Shown: positions 46,291-57,200 of the stretch, one piece after another | Layout of the letters: each line of letters opens with the position of its first letter | How positions within the stretch are numbered: the first letter of the stretch is position 1 | From: a virus | Strand: one strand, 5' to 3' | IMG/VR virus record: IMGVR_UViG_3300036846_001176 | Span: 29,048-93,047 of that record | Length of the DNA stretch: 64,000 bases | Notes under the pieces: generated by a model | Database searches by the model: none | What the model was told of the DNA's origin: nothing | What the model saw: the letters and a program-made list of their open reading frames with translations, nothing else | Translations under genes and position numbers: made by a program

Positions 46291-47801
46291 TGGCCGACTG
46301 GTACGTCTCCAGCGCGAATTACAACGCCTTGCCGGTCTGGGTGGCCTCGACGGCGTACAGCGTCGGGCAGATCGTCCGCCCGACCGCGCCGGTCGCCTTT
46401 CAGCAGAACCCGCAGCGTTGCACCGTGGCTGGCACGACGGCTGCCACCGAGCCCAGTTGGAATACCACGATCGGCGGAACCACCGTCTCGGGCGGCGCCA
46501 CGTTTACCAATATCGGCGGCCAGAGCGCGTCCTGGGGCTGGAACGCCGCGTTCGGCAACATCGTCTCGCCGTCCTACAACGGTGCCAATCGATTATCGGT
46601 CGGCGATCGGGTGTTCATCGCCAGCGATCACGTCGAAACACTGAGCAACGGCCTTTACTTAGGCCCCCAAGGCTCCGGAACCATACAAGCCATCTCGGTC
46701 AACCGTGCCGGTGCCATCCCGCCAGCCGCCGCCGACGAACTGGCCGGCGCCACCTTGACCATTTCCGCCGGTATCCTTGAGTGCTACTGCAACAATTATT
46801 GGCAGGGCATCACCTTCAACTGGACGGGCACCACCATCTACCTCGCCAGTGGCGGCAACAAGCTGCACTACTTCAAGAACTGCAAACTCACCTTAGCCGC
46901 GTCTTGCGGCCGGATCGGCACCAACAACCCGGTCAGGATCATCCTCGACAACACCACGGTGCAGTTCGGCGCCACCACCCAGGGCTTTGTCGTGGGAAGC
47001 AGCTATCAATACGAACTACTCTGGCTGAACACCCCCGCGGCAATCGTAGGACCGACGCTGCCTGCGATGCTGTTCGGCACAACCGCTGGTAATGCCTCCC
47101 CGAGCTTCACCTGCCGCGGTGTCGACCTCAGCGCCGTCACCGGCTCGCTGTTCAACCCGACGGGTGGTGCCTCGTCGAACAAGCTGTTGTTCGAGGGTTG
47201 TCGGATCGCGCCGGGCGTCGTGCGCTACGGCCCGAACGGCATCGTCTCCACCACGAACCCCTCCGACGAAGTCGACCTGGTCAACTGCTTCGACGGCACC
47301 TCTGTCATCACCGAGCGTCACACCTATTCCGGCGATGTCACCACTGACCGGCTCACCACCATGGCCGGCGGCGCGCAGGACGATAACGGCAACTATTCAC
47401 TGAAGCTGGTGTCTCGCGCCACCACCGACCGCTTTGGTGCACCACTCGACAGCTTCTGGTTCGATATCGAGAACGCCGTCGTTGGCGGGACGCATTTCGC
47501 GTACATCGAGTTCATCGCCTCGCTGACGCTGACCACCTCCGATATCCATGTGCTGGTGGAATATCTCGGCACCGCAGGATCGACACTGGCAAACTTTGCC
47601 TCATCGCTACCGCCAGTCCTCTCGACCGTGGTCGCGGCAGCAGGATCAACGGCCATCTGGGTCAATCCCCCCAGCACCCCGTTCGCACAGCGCCTCGCGG
47701 TACAGTTCAGTCCGTTCCAGGCGGGCCGGCTGCGCGCGCAGGTGCGGCTTGGCCGGCCCTCGACCACCATCTGGGTCAACCCGCAGATCATCGTCAACTG
47801 A
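46290..47801 (+). CDS. Beta-rich tail/receptor-binding protein, paralog 2
   Basis: Colinear with paralog 1 from MADWYVSS to RLRAQVRL.RPSTT.WVNP. Confidence 0.75.
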   Translation: MADWYVSSANYNALPVWVASTAYSVGQIVRPTAPVAFQQNPQRCTVAGTTAATEPSWNTTIGGTTVSGGATFTNIGGQSASWGWNAAFGNIVSPSYNGANRLSVGDRVFIASDHVETLSNGLYLGPQGSGTIQAISVNRAGAIPPAAADELAGATLTISAGILECYCNNYWQGITFNWTGTTIYLASGGNKLHYFKNCKLTLAASCGRIGTNNPVRIILDNTTVQFGATTQGFVVGSSYQYELLWLNTPAAIVGPTLPAMLFGTTAGNASPSFTCRGVDLSAVTGSLFNPTGGASSNKLLFEGCRIAPGVVRYGPNGIVSTTNPSDEVDLVNCFDGTSVITERHTYSGDVTTDRLTTMAGGAQDDNGNYSLKLVSRATTDRFGAPLDSFWFDIENAVVGGTHFAYIEFIASLTLTTSDIHVLVEYLGTAGSTLANFASSLPPVLSTVVAAAGSTAIWVNPPSTPFAQRLAVQFSPFQAGRLRAQVRLGRPSTTIWVNPQIIVN

Positions 47802-47814
47802 AAGAACCCGCCCG

Positions 47815-48261
47815 ATGCATCACCAGGTTCGCTTCGCCCTCGACCATCCGGTCTATGACCCGCAGCGCCAGATCATCCCGGGCCACTACTGGCGCATCGC
47901 GCACGACTTCAGCGCCTGTCTCACCGTCAACATCGGCCAGCAATGAGTGGTCTATGCCGGCGGTCGTCCACTGTTTCAGCTCAGCCTGGCCGCCCAGGAC
48001 CTGAAGCACGGATGTCCCCGACCAGTGCTCAGTCTGAGCCTGACCAAGCGACGTGAAATGGACCATCTGCGCGACACCGTGTTTCGCGGCATCGGCACCG
48101 ACGAACCGGTCATCGAGGAGGACCTGCAGCGCATGGCCGGCGAGCTCCGCATGGATCCTGGCATGATCGTCTCCCGCCAGTGGCGCAAGCCGCTGCGCAT
48201 CGACGAGATCGCCCAGATGGCCGACACGCCCGAAGTGCGTGCCAGGCCTGGCCGTCCCTGA
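47815..48261 (+). pseudogene. ORF interrupted by one in-frame TGA (47944-47946)
   Basis: Frames 47815-47946 and 47947-48261 are contiguous and in frame; no RBS before GTG 47947. Confidence 0.4.
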
Positions 48262-48533
48262 TGCCGGGAGACCCCCCCGCCAAGGCGCCTGCCAACGGCC
48301 ATGGCAATGGCCGCAACGGCGGCCTGTGGGGGGCGGTCAGCCGCGTCGGGCAGTTGCTGATCGGCTCGCTGCCGCCGGCCTTCCTGGTGCTCGTGCTGCT
48401 GAACCTGGTGTTCCTCGCCCAGGTGCTGTGGTTCGTTGACCACAACCTCGAAGCGCGCAACGAACTGATCAACAAGATGGTCGACCGCTGCTTCCTGATG
48501 ATCAAAGTCCAGCCGCCTGGAGGAGCGCCATGA
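48261..48533 (+). CDS. Membrane protein (possible holin/lysis accessory)
   Basis: Single long hydrophobic helix FLVLVLLNLVFLAQVLWF. Confidence 0.55.
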   Translation: MPGDPPAKAPANGHGNGRNGGLWGAVSRVGQLLIGSLPPAFLVLVLLNLVFLAQVLWFVDHNLEARNELINKMVDRCFLMIKVQPPGGAP

Positions 48534-48739
48534 GCGAGAGCGATGTCTACGCCTACGAGCGCCCGCTGAAGGAGCCCGGCGAGGACGGCCAGCCCTGGGG
48601 CTTCATCGACGCGGCCGGCGTCTGGCACCGGCTTCCCAAGACGCCGATGCTGCTCTCGGCGCTCGGGCCGCCGCCGTTCGATGTCGTGCTGCCGTCCGGC
48701 GAGGTCCGCCACGTGGTGCACGAGCCAAAGCTGTTGTAA
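48530..48739 (+). CDS. Small hypothetical protein
   Basis: GGAGGAG RBS; ATGA overlap. Confidence 0.65.
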   Translation: MSESDVYAYERPLKEPGEDGQPWGFIDAAGVWHRLPKTPMLLSALGPPPFDVVLPSGEVRHVVHEPKLL

Positions 48740-48999
48740 TTCCGTATCTTGTAACAATTGTAACGAATACCAATATCTACGGCGTTGCGATTGTCGCAGC
48801 CAACCGTCACGACTTAAGTCTATGTACGCCCTCGGGCTATGTCGCCGGATTGACCACCGGCTTGGGAGGGAATTACGTACTGGGACGGAGGGGTCGCTGC
48901 GCAAGCGGAGACCCTTGGCGCCGAGCAGACTTTCTTAAATTCCTCGGAATTGGTCCAGCGCATGCACGCGCTGCTAGGTAGCTGTGGCGATCACAACAG

Positions 49000-49032
49000 A
49001 AGCCCTGTCGCTCTACAGCGGCAGGGCTTTTC
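49000..49032 (+). terminator. Intrinsic terminator
   Basis: aagccctgtcgct-ctac-agcggcagggctt plus T-tract. Confidence 0.7.
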
Positions 49033-49100
49033 CGTTTCCGGCGCATTGTGCGCCGGGGTGATCAGCCCCCACCAGGGGAGTTCGAAACGGAAACCACCCT

Positions 49101-49337
49101 ATGAAACCGTACGAAACCGTTGATGAGAATGGGGTCAAAACCATTCACACGGCGTGTGGCGCATTCACGGAAGCAACGCCCTTCATGGGCGTCGGTGACA
49201 GGTATCACTATTGCTACCACACCGTCGATCTCGACACCGGTGAAGTCTACACCGGCCGTCGTTCCACGCGGAGGCTCAATGACCCTTACCAGGGATCGGG
49301 AGCCAGATTGAAGGCCAGGAGCAAGCCGGATGCGTAA
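49101..49337 (+). pseudogene. Truncated GIY-YIG (Seg-like) homing endonuclease fragment
   Basis: HYCYHTVDLDTGEVYTGRRSTRRLNDPYQGSG resembles the Seg-type YxxxNxxNGKxYIGKHST..LND.Y.GSG; stops after 78 aa. Confidence 0.55.
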
Positions 49338-49599
49338 GCGCAACCGGGTTACCTACAAAACCAGCTTCCATCCATGCGCTGCGCGGGCTGGACTGCAGGA
49401 ACGGAAAAACATCCGTGCCTTGCGGCAAGCCAATCCCGATTTCTGCCTGAACGAGCACGATGCCTCGTCAGGCAGCATCGACGATGACACCATGCAGTAT
49501 GCCGCTGCACTCGCAAACGCCTATGAAAACGACAGTGTCGTAGACAGGCTAGGCAGCCTGATTGCCGACGTCCTCGGACGTCGCCGACAGCTCGTTTGA
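49330..49599 (+). CDS. Hypothetical protein (possible remainder of the insertion)
   Basis: 89-aa ORF overlapping previous stop. Confidence 0.4.
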   Translation: MRKRNRVTYKTSFHPCAARAGLQERKNIRALRQANPDFCLNEHDASSGSIDDDTMQYAAALANAYENDSVVDRLGSLIADVLGRRRQLV

Positions 49600-49602
49600 A
49601 CC

Positions 49603-49636
49603 ACCCCCATCGCCCTAGCCGGCGGTGGGGGTTTTC
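49603..49636 (+). terminator. Intrinsic terminator
   Basis: acccccatcgcc / ggcggtgggggt plus TTT. Confidence 0.7.
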
Positions 49637-49719
49637 GTTTGTACGCCGCGTGTGGCCAGTTGCTCTTGAGGCTGGCAGGTAGCCGTGGTTCAGTCCGGCC
49701 GTCACACGGAGGGGAAACC

Positions 49720-49950
49720 ATGAGCGGCACGGGTGAGGATCCGCTCGCCGGCTTCCCGGCCATCGGTCAGTACGAGCTGGTGCCGGAACCGGGCGAGCCT
49801 GGGTACGAGGAGCCGGAGACACTTGCGGCGCCGGACAGCGACGAACCGCTGATGGCGTTCGAGGATGATCCGGAAGCCGAGGGCGACGACGGCGACGTCA
49901 TCGATCCCGACAGCGAGGATCCGTTCGGCGACGAGGAGGGGCAGGAATAG
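49720..49950 (+). CDS. Small highly acidic protein (76 aa)
   Basis: GGAGGGG RBS; D/E-rich, no Lys or Arg. Confidence 0.65.
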   Translation: MSGTGEDPLAGFPAIGQYELVPEPGEPGYEEPETLAAPDSDEPLMAFEDDPEAEGDDGDVIDPDSEDPFGDEEGQE

Positions 49951-49952
49951 CC

Positions 49953-50468
49953 ATGGCCGTCAACGGACATGCCAAGTTCAGCTTGGTCAGCATCATGCCG
50001 GTGCGCGCCAACGACGGCGCCGAGATGTTCATTCGCCATCCGGTCACCTTCGATCTGATGCGCAACGCCGACGACACACCGGCCTCGATCACCATCCGCG
50101 GCCAGTCCTCGCGGGCGTTCCGCGACACCGTTCTGGCGATGAACCGCAAGCGCGCGGCAACCCGCATGACCGACGACGAGGTGCGCAGCCAGGAGCATAT
50201 CTACGACACCGACACCGAGCTCCTGGTCGCCTGCACCGTCGGCTGGAACTTCGACGAACTGGCGCCCGACGAACCGCTGCCCTACTCGGAGGAGAATGCC
50301 CGCGCCCTGTGGACCGATGACCGGTTCAGCAACCTTCGCTTCCAGGCGATCCAGTTCATGCTGAACAACGGAAATTTTTTGCCAGTGCCTCCCGCGCTAT
50401 CGAGCGCTATGCCCGATACCAGTTCCGTCTCCACAAGCCCCTCCCCGGACCGGCTGGCGGCGGAGTAG
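49953..50468 (+). CDS. Tail assembly chaperone
   Basis: ITIRGQSS..FR, LLVACTVGWN; upstream of tape measure. Confidence 0.85.
   Translation: MAVNGHAKFSLVSIMPVRANDGAEMFIRHPVTFDLMRNADDTPASITIRGQSSRAFRDTVLAMNRKRAATRMTDDEVRSQEHIYDTDTELLVACTVGWNFDELAPDEPLPYSEENARALWTDDRFSNLRFQAIQFMLNNGNFLPVPPALSSAMPDTSSVSTSPSPDRLAAE
50372..50378 (+). promoter_or_regulatory. -1 ribosomal frameshift slippery site A AAT TTT
   Basis: X XXY YYZ heptamer in frame; -1 frame stays open to 50797. Confidence 0.8.
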
Positions 50469-50797
50469 TCGCCGACGCCATCGCCAAGTACCGGCAGTAC
50501 ACCGGTAAGCCGCACAAGATCGAATTGCTGGCGCCGCCGATGCCGCGGCAGCTGCTCTACATCTACGAGTGGTTCAACCTCATCTCGCGCGGCCGCAAGG
50601 AGATCGCCGCACTGACCTGGGGCGAGATCGATGCCTGGGCCCGGCTACAACAGGTAGAGTTAGAGCCCTATGAGATCGACATCATCTTGAGGCTGGACCG
50701 GGTCTGGCTCAAGGTGTGCTCGGAGAAAGGTAACCCCTTTGATGAGATAAGCGATGAGCAACAAGAGACGGAACTGGCGCGGCAGGCGAACGCCTAA
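50378..50797 (+). CDS. Frameshift extension of tail assembly chaperone
   Basis: PPMP..L.YIYEWF...LTWGEIDAWA.L....L.PYEI.II..LD..W. Confidence 0.75.
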   Translation, partial: FASASRAIERYARYQFRLHKPLPGPAGGGVVADAIAKYRQYTGKPHKIELLAPPMPRQLLYIYEWFNLISRGRKEIAALTWGEIDAWARLQQVELEPYEIDIILRLDRVWLKVCSEKGNPFDEISDEQQETELARQANA

Positions 50798-51251
50798 GTC
50801 AGAAACCCAGCTCTTCTGGGGGATGGTAGACGTCAAAGGCCGAGATGAGTGCTGGCCGTGGCGAGGAAAACTTTATGGCACGGGTCAATACGGCATGTTC
50901 GCCAGAAAGGTCGATGAGAAGTGGCAGACCGTCTCCGCTCACAGGCTTAGTTTCGAATTAACAAAAGGTCCTATCCCCAAGGGTCTTCAGATCTGTCACT
51001 CCTGCGATTTTGGTCCTTGCTGCAATCCGCAGCATCTCTTCGTTGGAACGCAGACCGACAACATCATAGACATGTTCGACAAAGAGCGGGGAAATGCGAA
51101 GTTAACTAAGCAGGCTGTGTCTGAAATTCGCCAGTCTCATCGTAGCCTTCCATCGACTGATACGGTGCGACGTCTTGCCAGGAAACACCTGGTTCACCCA
51201 AGGACAATCCGGAACGTCATCAACGTCCAAACCTGGGCGCACCTGCCATGA
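50754..51251 (+). CDS. HNH homing endonuclease
   Basis: CWPW.G...YG, AHRLSF, ICHSCD...CCNPQHL..GT..DN..DM; lower GC than flanks. Confidence 0.9.
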   Translation: MSNKRRNWRGRRTPKSETQLFWGMVDVKGRDECWPWRGKLYGTGQYGMFARKVDEKWQTVSAHRLSFELTKGPIPKGLQICHSCDFGPCCNPQHLFVGTQTDNIIDMFDKERGNAKLTKQAVSEIRQSHRSLPSTDTVRRLARKHLVHPRTIRNVINVQTWAHLP

Positions 51252-54200
51252 GCGATCGCGCGCCGCTGTCATTTGACATCGACAGCACCAGCGCCCAGCG
51301 CGCCGTCTCCGTGCTGCAGACGCTGGTCACCCAGGCGCAGGCCGCGGTCGCCACCACGACGCAACTGGCGCAGGCCCAGGGCCAGCTCACCACCTCCTAC
51401 GCGCAACAGGCCTCCGAGATTTCGCGACTGGCCGATGCCACCCGCAATTACGGCGGCACGCTCAACGGCCTCGTCTCTCAGCTGAACCAGCTGCGCACCG
51501 CGGTGACGTCGGCCTCCGGCGGCAACCTGTTCTCCGGCTATGCGCGCATGCTGAACGAGGCGCAGGCCGTCGCCGCTCAGCTCAACACCTCGGTCGAGGG
51601 CATCGACCGGTTCATCTCCAAGGCCCGCCAGCTCAACATCACCTCGCAGGATCTGGCGACCGGCCTCGGCCGCATCACCGATGCGCTGAAAGGACAGTCG
51701 GCGGCCGGGATCAACGCCAACGTCATGCTCGCGCAGCTCGGCGTGAACATGAGCGGCGTCTCGCCGAACCAGCCGAACCTGATCCTGCAGCGCATCCAGG
51801 ACAGCCTGCGCCAGATCCAGGATCCGACGCTGCAGGTGCAGATGGCCCAGCGGGTGATGGGGCCGGCGTTCACCGCGCAGGACACCCAGCAACTCGTCCG
51901 CCAGCCCTACATCCCCTACTGGCAACAGCAGGAGCAGAACCGTCGCGCCAACGACCGCGCGAACATCGATGCGCAGCAGGTCACTGCCCAGCGGTTGACG
52001 ATGGAGCACCGCCAGCGGGCCGACGAACTGGCCGACCTGCAATCGCGGTTCACCCGCTTCGGCGGCTTCTTCGGCCGCGCCGGGGTCACCGACTTCCTCG
52101 CCAATCCCTTCGTCACCAACAACGAACTGCTGCGGCAATACCGCGAGATCGCCAGCCGTCCCGAGAGCCAGCGGGCACCCAATGAGCGCTTCGGCGAAAT
52201 GGGCCGCCAGGCCTATGAGCGAAGCGACATTGCGCGCATCACCCGCAACTTCGCCTCCGGCGGGTTCACCTCCAGCCAGGGCGAGATCGAGGCGCGGTTC
52301 GATAAGGACCTCGATGACGTCGGGCGCATCCAGGCGACCATCAACGAGATCAAGCGCACCTGGCAGAACCTCGGCGGCAACTATCAGCGGCTCACCCCGG
52401 AGCAGATCCAGACCGCGCTGACGCCGATAGAACTCAGGGAGCGTCAGCGCCAGGCCGGCGACACGCTGGCAACCTCGTTCGGCGATGCCAGGGTCTCGAA
52501 CATCGTCCGGCTGCAGGACCTGGCAGAGGTCGACCAGGGCAATCAGCGGGAACTCTACAACCGCGCTTATGGCGGCCCGGGCTTTGCGCCCGGCGAGGGT
52601 GAGCGGCAGTACCGCTACGGACAAACCCGCCGGCAGACCGAACTCGAGGATCTGCGCCGGCCGGAAGCGGGGGCGCTGCGGGACGCCAACTTCCGCCGCT
52701 ACATCCAGGGTCTGGCGCCTGGCGACCGGGCGCGCGCGATCGCCGGTGCGGCGTACTATCGCGGCCAGACCGGCAATGAGTTCGTGCCGGGCGAGGGCGC
52801 CGGCGCGGATGCCGCCTACCAGAGCCCGGACCTTTCAGACAGAGCGCGGGCCGCCGGGCGGACGCTCGAGCGGGAAGGCCAGATCGGCCTGCGCGCGGCC
52901 GATACCGAGCAGACCCAGCAGACCATCCAGCTGCAGAAGGAACTCGCCCAGGCGCTGACCGGCACCCGGGCGGCAGCGGAAGACGCGCTGCGCGCCTGGA
53001 ATGCCTACCTCGCCGCGCAATCCAACAACGGCGATGCCGAGACCCGCAACCTGGCCGCCCAGCACGCGGTCACCGCGGCGATGTCGCAGCGCATCACCCA
53101 GGGCCAGGCCCTGGTGCGCCAGCAGCAGCAGGAAAACACCGTCGCCGCGCAGCGCGCCGCCGACGCCTCGCGCTACGCCACCGCCGATCCGGTCACCCGC
53201 GCCGCCTTCATGGCCGCCTCCGGCGTCGATGCCCAGGTGCAGCGGGCGATCTTCGCCGGCCAGCTCCAGGATCCTACCGGCGGCCGCGTCGCGGTGCGCG
53301 ACGCCAATGGCCGGATCACCCGGTACGACGACGTCCGTCTGTCGGACGACGAACGGCGCCGCGCCGAGCAGACCAACGCGGAATACCGCCGCGGCCTCTT
53401 TTCGCAGCAGGCCGCCGAAGGGGCGGGTGCTGCCGCCGCGCAGGCCACCGGCATCGTCTCGGCCACTCAGACCGGCGCGCGCACCGCTGCACTGATGGGC
53501 CAGGGCTACACCGCCCAGCAGGCCGAGGAACGCGCGACCTCCGAGCAGAAGCTCGCCGAAGCCGCCGGCGCTGCGCAGAAGGCGATGGAGGAAACCGCCA
53601 ACGCCACCGACCAGGTCGGCAAGAGCGCCCATGAGGCTGCCGAGCAGAACCTGCACACCGTGCAGGCCGAGCAGCAGCGCCTGGAAAGCCTGACCCGCCA
53701 GCTCGATGCCCAACGCGCCATCGTCGCGGTGATGGAACAGACGCGCCAGATCATGGAGGACACCAACCGCACCATCAACGACATGAAGATCGGCGACGCC
53801 TTCCGTCAGGCGGCCGACGAGTTGCAGCGGTTGATCCAGCCGATCCTCAATGCCCCCGGCGTCACCGGCGGCGGCGGCGAGGCGCAGATCTCCGGCGTCT
53901 ACGGCGTCGTGTCCGGCCAGGAGACCGGCGGCGGTCGCACCGGCACAGGCAGCAACCTGGTCAACCAGCCGCTGCCCGGGCAGAAGCCCTCCAGCGCCAG
54001 CGGCTATTTCCAGATCGTCGATAGCACCTGGCAGGAATATGCCAAGAAGGCCGGCGTCGATACCACGCAGTATCCGCGCGCGATCATGGCGCCGCCCGAC
54101 GTGCAGGCGCACGTCGCCTCGCTCATTCCGCTTGGTGCCTGGAGGAGCTCGGTTCCCGGCAAGCCGGGTGCTGCCGACATCATCGTCCAGCAGCATCCCA

Positions 54201-57200
54201 ACGTGAACTTCGGCATGCCACTCGGCCAGGTGGCGACCACGCTGGGCCAGCCAATGCTGCCGACCATCACGACGACCAGGGCGGGCACGCCGGTGACGGT
54301 GACCGGCGGGCAGCCGGCCTTGCCATCGGTCTCGCTCAGCATCGAGGACATCCGCCGTCTGGTGGAGCGCGGCGAGCATCTGAAGCACGGCGACTACGGC
54401 CTGCAGGACCCCGACATCGACACGATCAATCGCTCCGTCGATGAGGTCAGGCGCAAGCGGCAGGTCGGCATCCAATACACGACGCAGCAACTGACCGAAC
54501 AGGTCGACCGCGAGTTGGCCGCGCAGGGTGGCCGGATCCGCATCCTCCAGGGCGGCGGTGGTGCTGGCGAGGCCGCTCGCGTCGTCACCCGTCCGCCAGG
54601 GTTGACCGATGCCGAATGGGATCAGCGCCGGGCGCAGGAACAGCGCCGTGTCGTCGGTGGCCAGCAGACCGAAGCCGCCGGCGATGCCGCCCGGCGTGCC
54701 GACGAGATACGCCGCCTGCAAGAGCAACAGCGCGCCTACACCGGCACGATCGCCGAGCAGATCGCCGCCCAGCGCGACCTGACAGCCGCCGAGCAGGCGC
54801 ACCAGGAGGTGCAGAAGGTCGGCTCAGGCATCCTCAACGAGGCCGATGAGCGAAGCCGCAATTTCGTCGCCAACCTCGCCAAGGAGACCGATGAAGTCCG
54901 CGCATCGACGGCGGAGATGCAGCGCCAGCGGTCCGGCATGGAAGCTGCCGCGGATGCCGCCAAGTTCGGCCCCGGTGCCGAGCAGAAGGCCGCCGAACTC
55001 AAGCATATCACCGACGAAATCGAGAGCCTGCAGATCCGCCTGCAAACCGCCAACGAGGCGGAAAGGAAGGGCATCGAGGACGCGATCACGGGCTACCAGC
55101 GCAAGGCGCAGGCGATCGAAGAGACCTCCCTCGCCGCGGCCAAGCAGCGTACCGCCGAGGAAGCCTATCGGCAGTCGACGCAGAACCAGGACCAGATGGC
55201 GACCAACGCGCTGGGTCCGTTTGCCACCCAGCTCGACATCCGCCGCACCCAGCGCTGGATGGGCGTCGCCCGCGAGTTCGCCGAACACCCCGGCCTCGAG
55301 CAGACACAGGCCGGCCAGGAGCGGATTTCCGCCGCCCGCGCGGCCGACGAGATCGACAAGCAGACCGAGAGCATGAACGAGCTGCGCCAGGCGGCGCAGT
55401 CAGCGGGCGATGCCATGGAGCAGGCCTTCACGGCGGTCGCCAACCGCTCGGAGACCGCCGGCCAGGCGGTCCACAACCTGGTCGGTTCGCTCAACCAGAT
55501 CGCGCTCAAGACCTTCGTCATCAAGCCGTTCGAAAAGGCGATGGGCTCGCTGTTCGGCGACATCTTCGGCAGCGGCGACACGCCGAGCGGCTCATCGGGC
55601 GGCAAGACCGACAACACGGTGTTCGGCATCGCCCATCGGCTGATGAGCGGCGGCGGGGGGGCGGGCGCCGGCAGCGGCGGCAGCAGCACCACCGCGACGG
55701 CCGACGAGGACTGGATCAGCCGGGGCTGGCATTACCTATTCGGCCGCAAGGGCTCGGGCGGCCAGGGCACGACGGGCGTGCCGACCGACATCGCCAGCGC
55801 CGGCAAGACACTGGCCGATGCCGGGGTCGGCGGCACCGGCGGTGGCAAGACGGAGACGGCTCTGCTGGCGGCTGCGCAGCCGGTCTACGTGGTCAACTGG
55901 CCGACCTCGCTCGGGGGAACGGGAACCGGCGCCGGCACCACCGCGGGCAACGCCACGGGCGGCGGTATGGGCAGTGGCGGCGTTGGCGGGGCGGCGGGCG
56001 ACAAGGCCCTCGCTGACGACCTGGCGCGGCGCGGCGGCAACGTCATCTCGCAGCGCACCGGCATCCCGCCCGAGAACATCACCACCAACGGCGTGCCGCT
56101 AAGGGGCGGCGGCACGGCCACCACGGGCGACGGCATCCCGATCAAGCCTTACCCGCAGCCCGATGACGTCACCAGCGGCGGCGGAAGCGGTGGTGGCGGG
56201 ACCGATGGTGGCGGCGGGGCGGCCACCTCGTCCTCGCCCGGCTGGTTCATGCCGAGCGGACAAAGTGGCCAGCAGTACTATGACCTGAGCCCGCCCGCCT
56301 GGAACTGGCAACCGAGTGCCGGGGATACCGGAACCGGCGGTGACAGCGGCGCCTCGCAGCAGGACCTCAAGGACCAACTCGACCAATTCCACCGCGACAC
56401 CCTGAGCTCGAACGACAACGCCCCACCGGACGACGGCTCTTATGCCGGCCTGATGAGCGTCGCCAACGACAATGCCACCGGCGCCGACGTCTCCGCCGCC
56501 AGCGGCGGCTGGGACGCCTCGGGCGACCAGACCAGCTGGGACACCTCGGGCGGCGGCAACGCCCGCACCATCCAGCTCGGCGGCGGCCCGCGCGTGTCGC
56601 GCAACTACAGCGGCACCGAACTCGACGCCGGCATCTACGGCCTCGGCCAGCTCGGCCGGGCGGTTCCGGCGGTCGGCGGCGCCAGCGCCAGCATCGGCGG
56701 CGCCAACGTCAACATCTTCTCCGGCATCATGGACGTGCTGAAGGCGGGCTCGGCGCAGGAGAAGTCGGACGCCGCCCACAGCGGCGGCACGGCAGGCGGC
56801 AGCGTCGGTGGCAGTGCGAGCGGCTCCAGCAGTTCCAGCCCCGGCCTGCTCTCGGAGATCTTCGGCCATGCCGGCGGCATCACCGGCTGGGCGACCGACA
56901 AGATCCTCGGCAAGGGCATGTACGAGCGCGGCGGGTTGATCGGCATGCTCAGCCGCGACATCCAGGGCAAGGGCGGCGACAAGGCGGCCGACGCGATCAA
57001 GACCGGCGGCACCACGCCGGCCGGCAGCAGCAAGGTGACGACCCAGGACCTCGCCACCACCCAGAAGGCGATGGCCGACGCCAAGGACGACAACACGGTC
57101 GGCAGCGGCACCGACACGGCCACCACCGACACCAGCGCGGCCGGGGTAGCGCTCTACGACGATCCCACGAGCACCGGCGGTGATGGCGGCGACGGCGGCG

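Noticed and set aside
44773-47801. Diversity-generating retroelement TR/VR pair
   Set aside because: Divergence is gene-wide and not adenine-specific; no reverse transcriptase in the window
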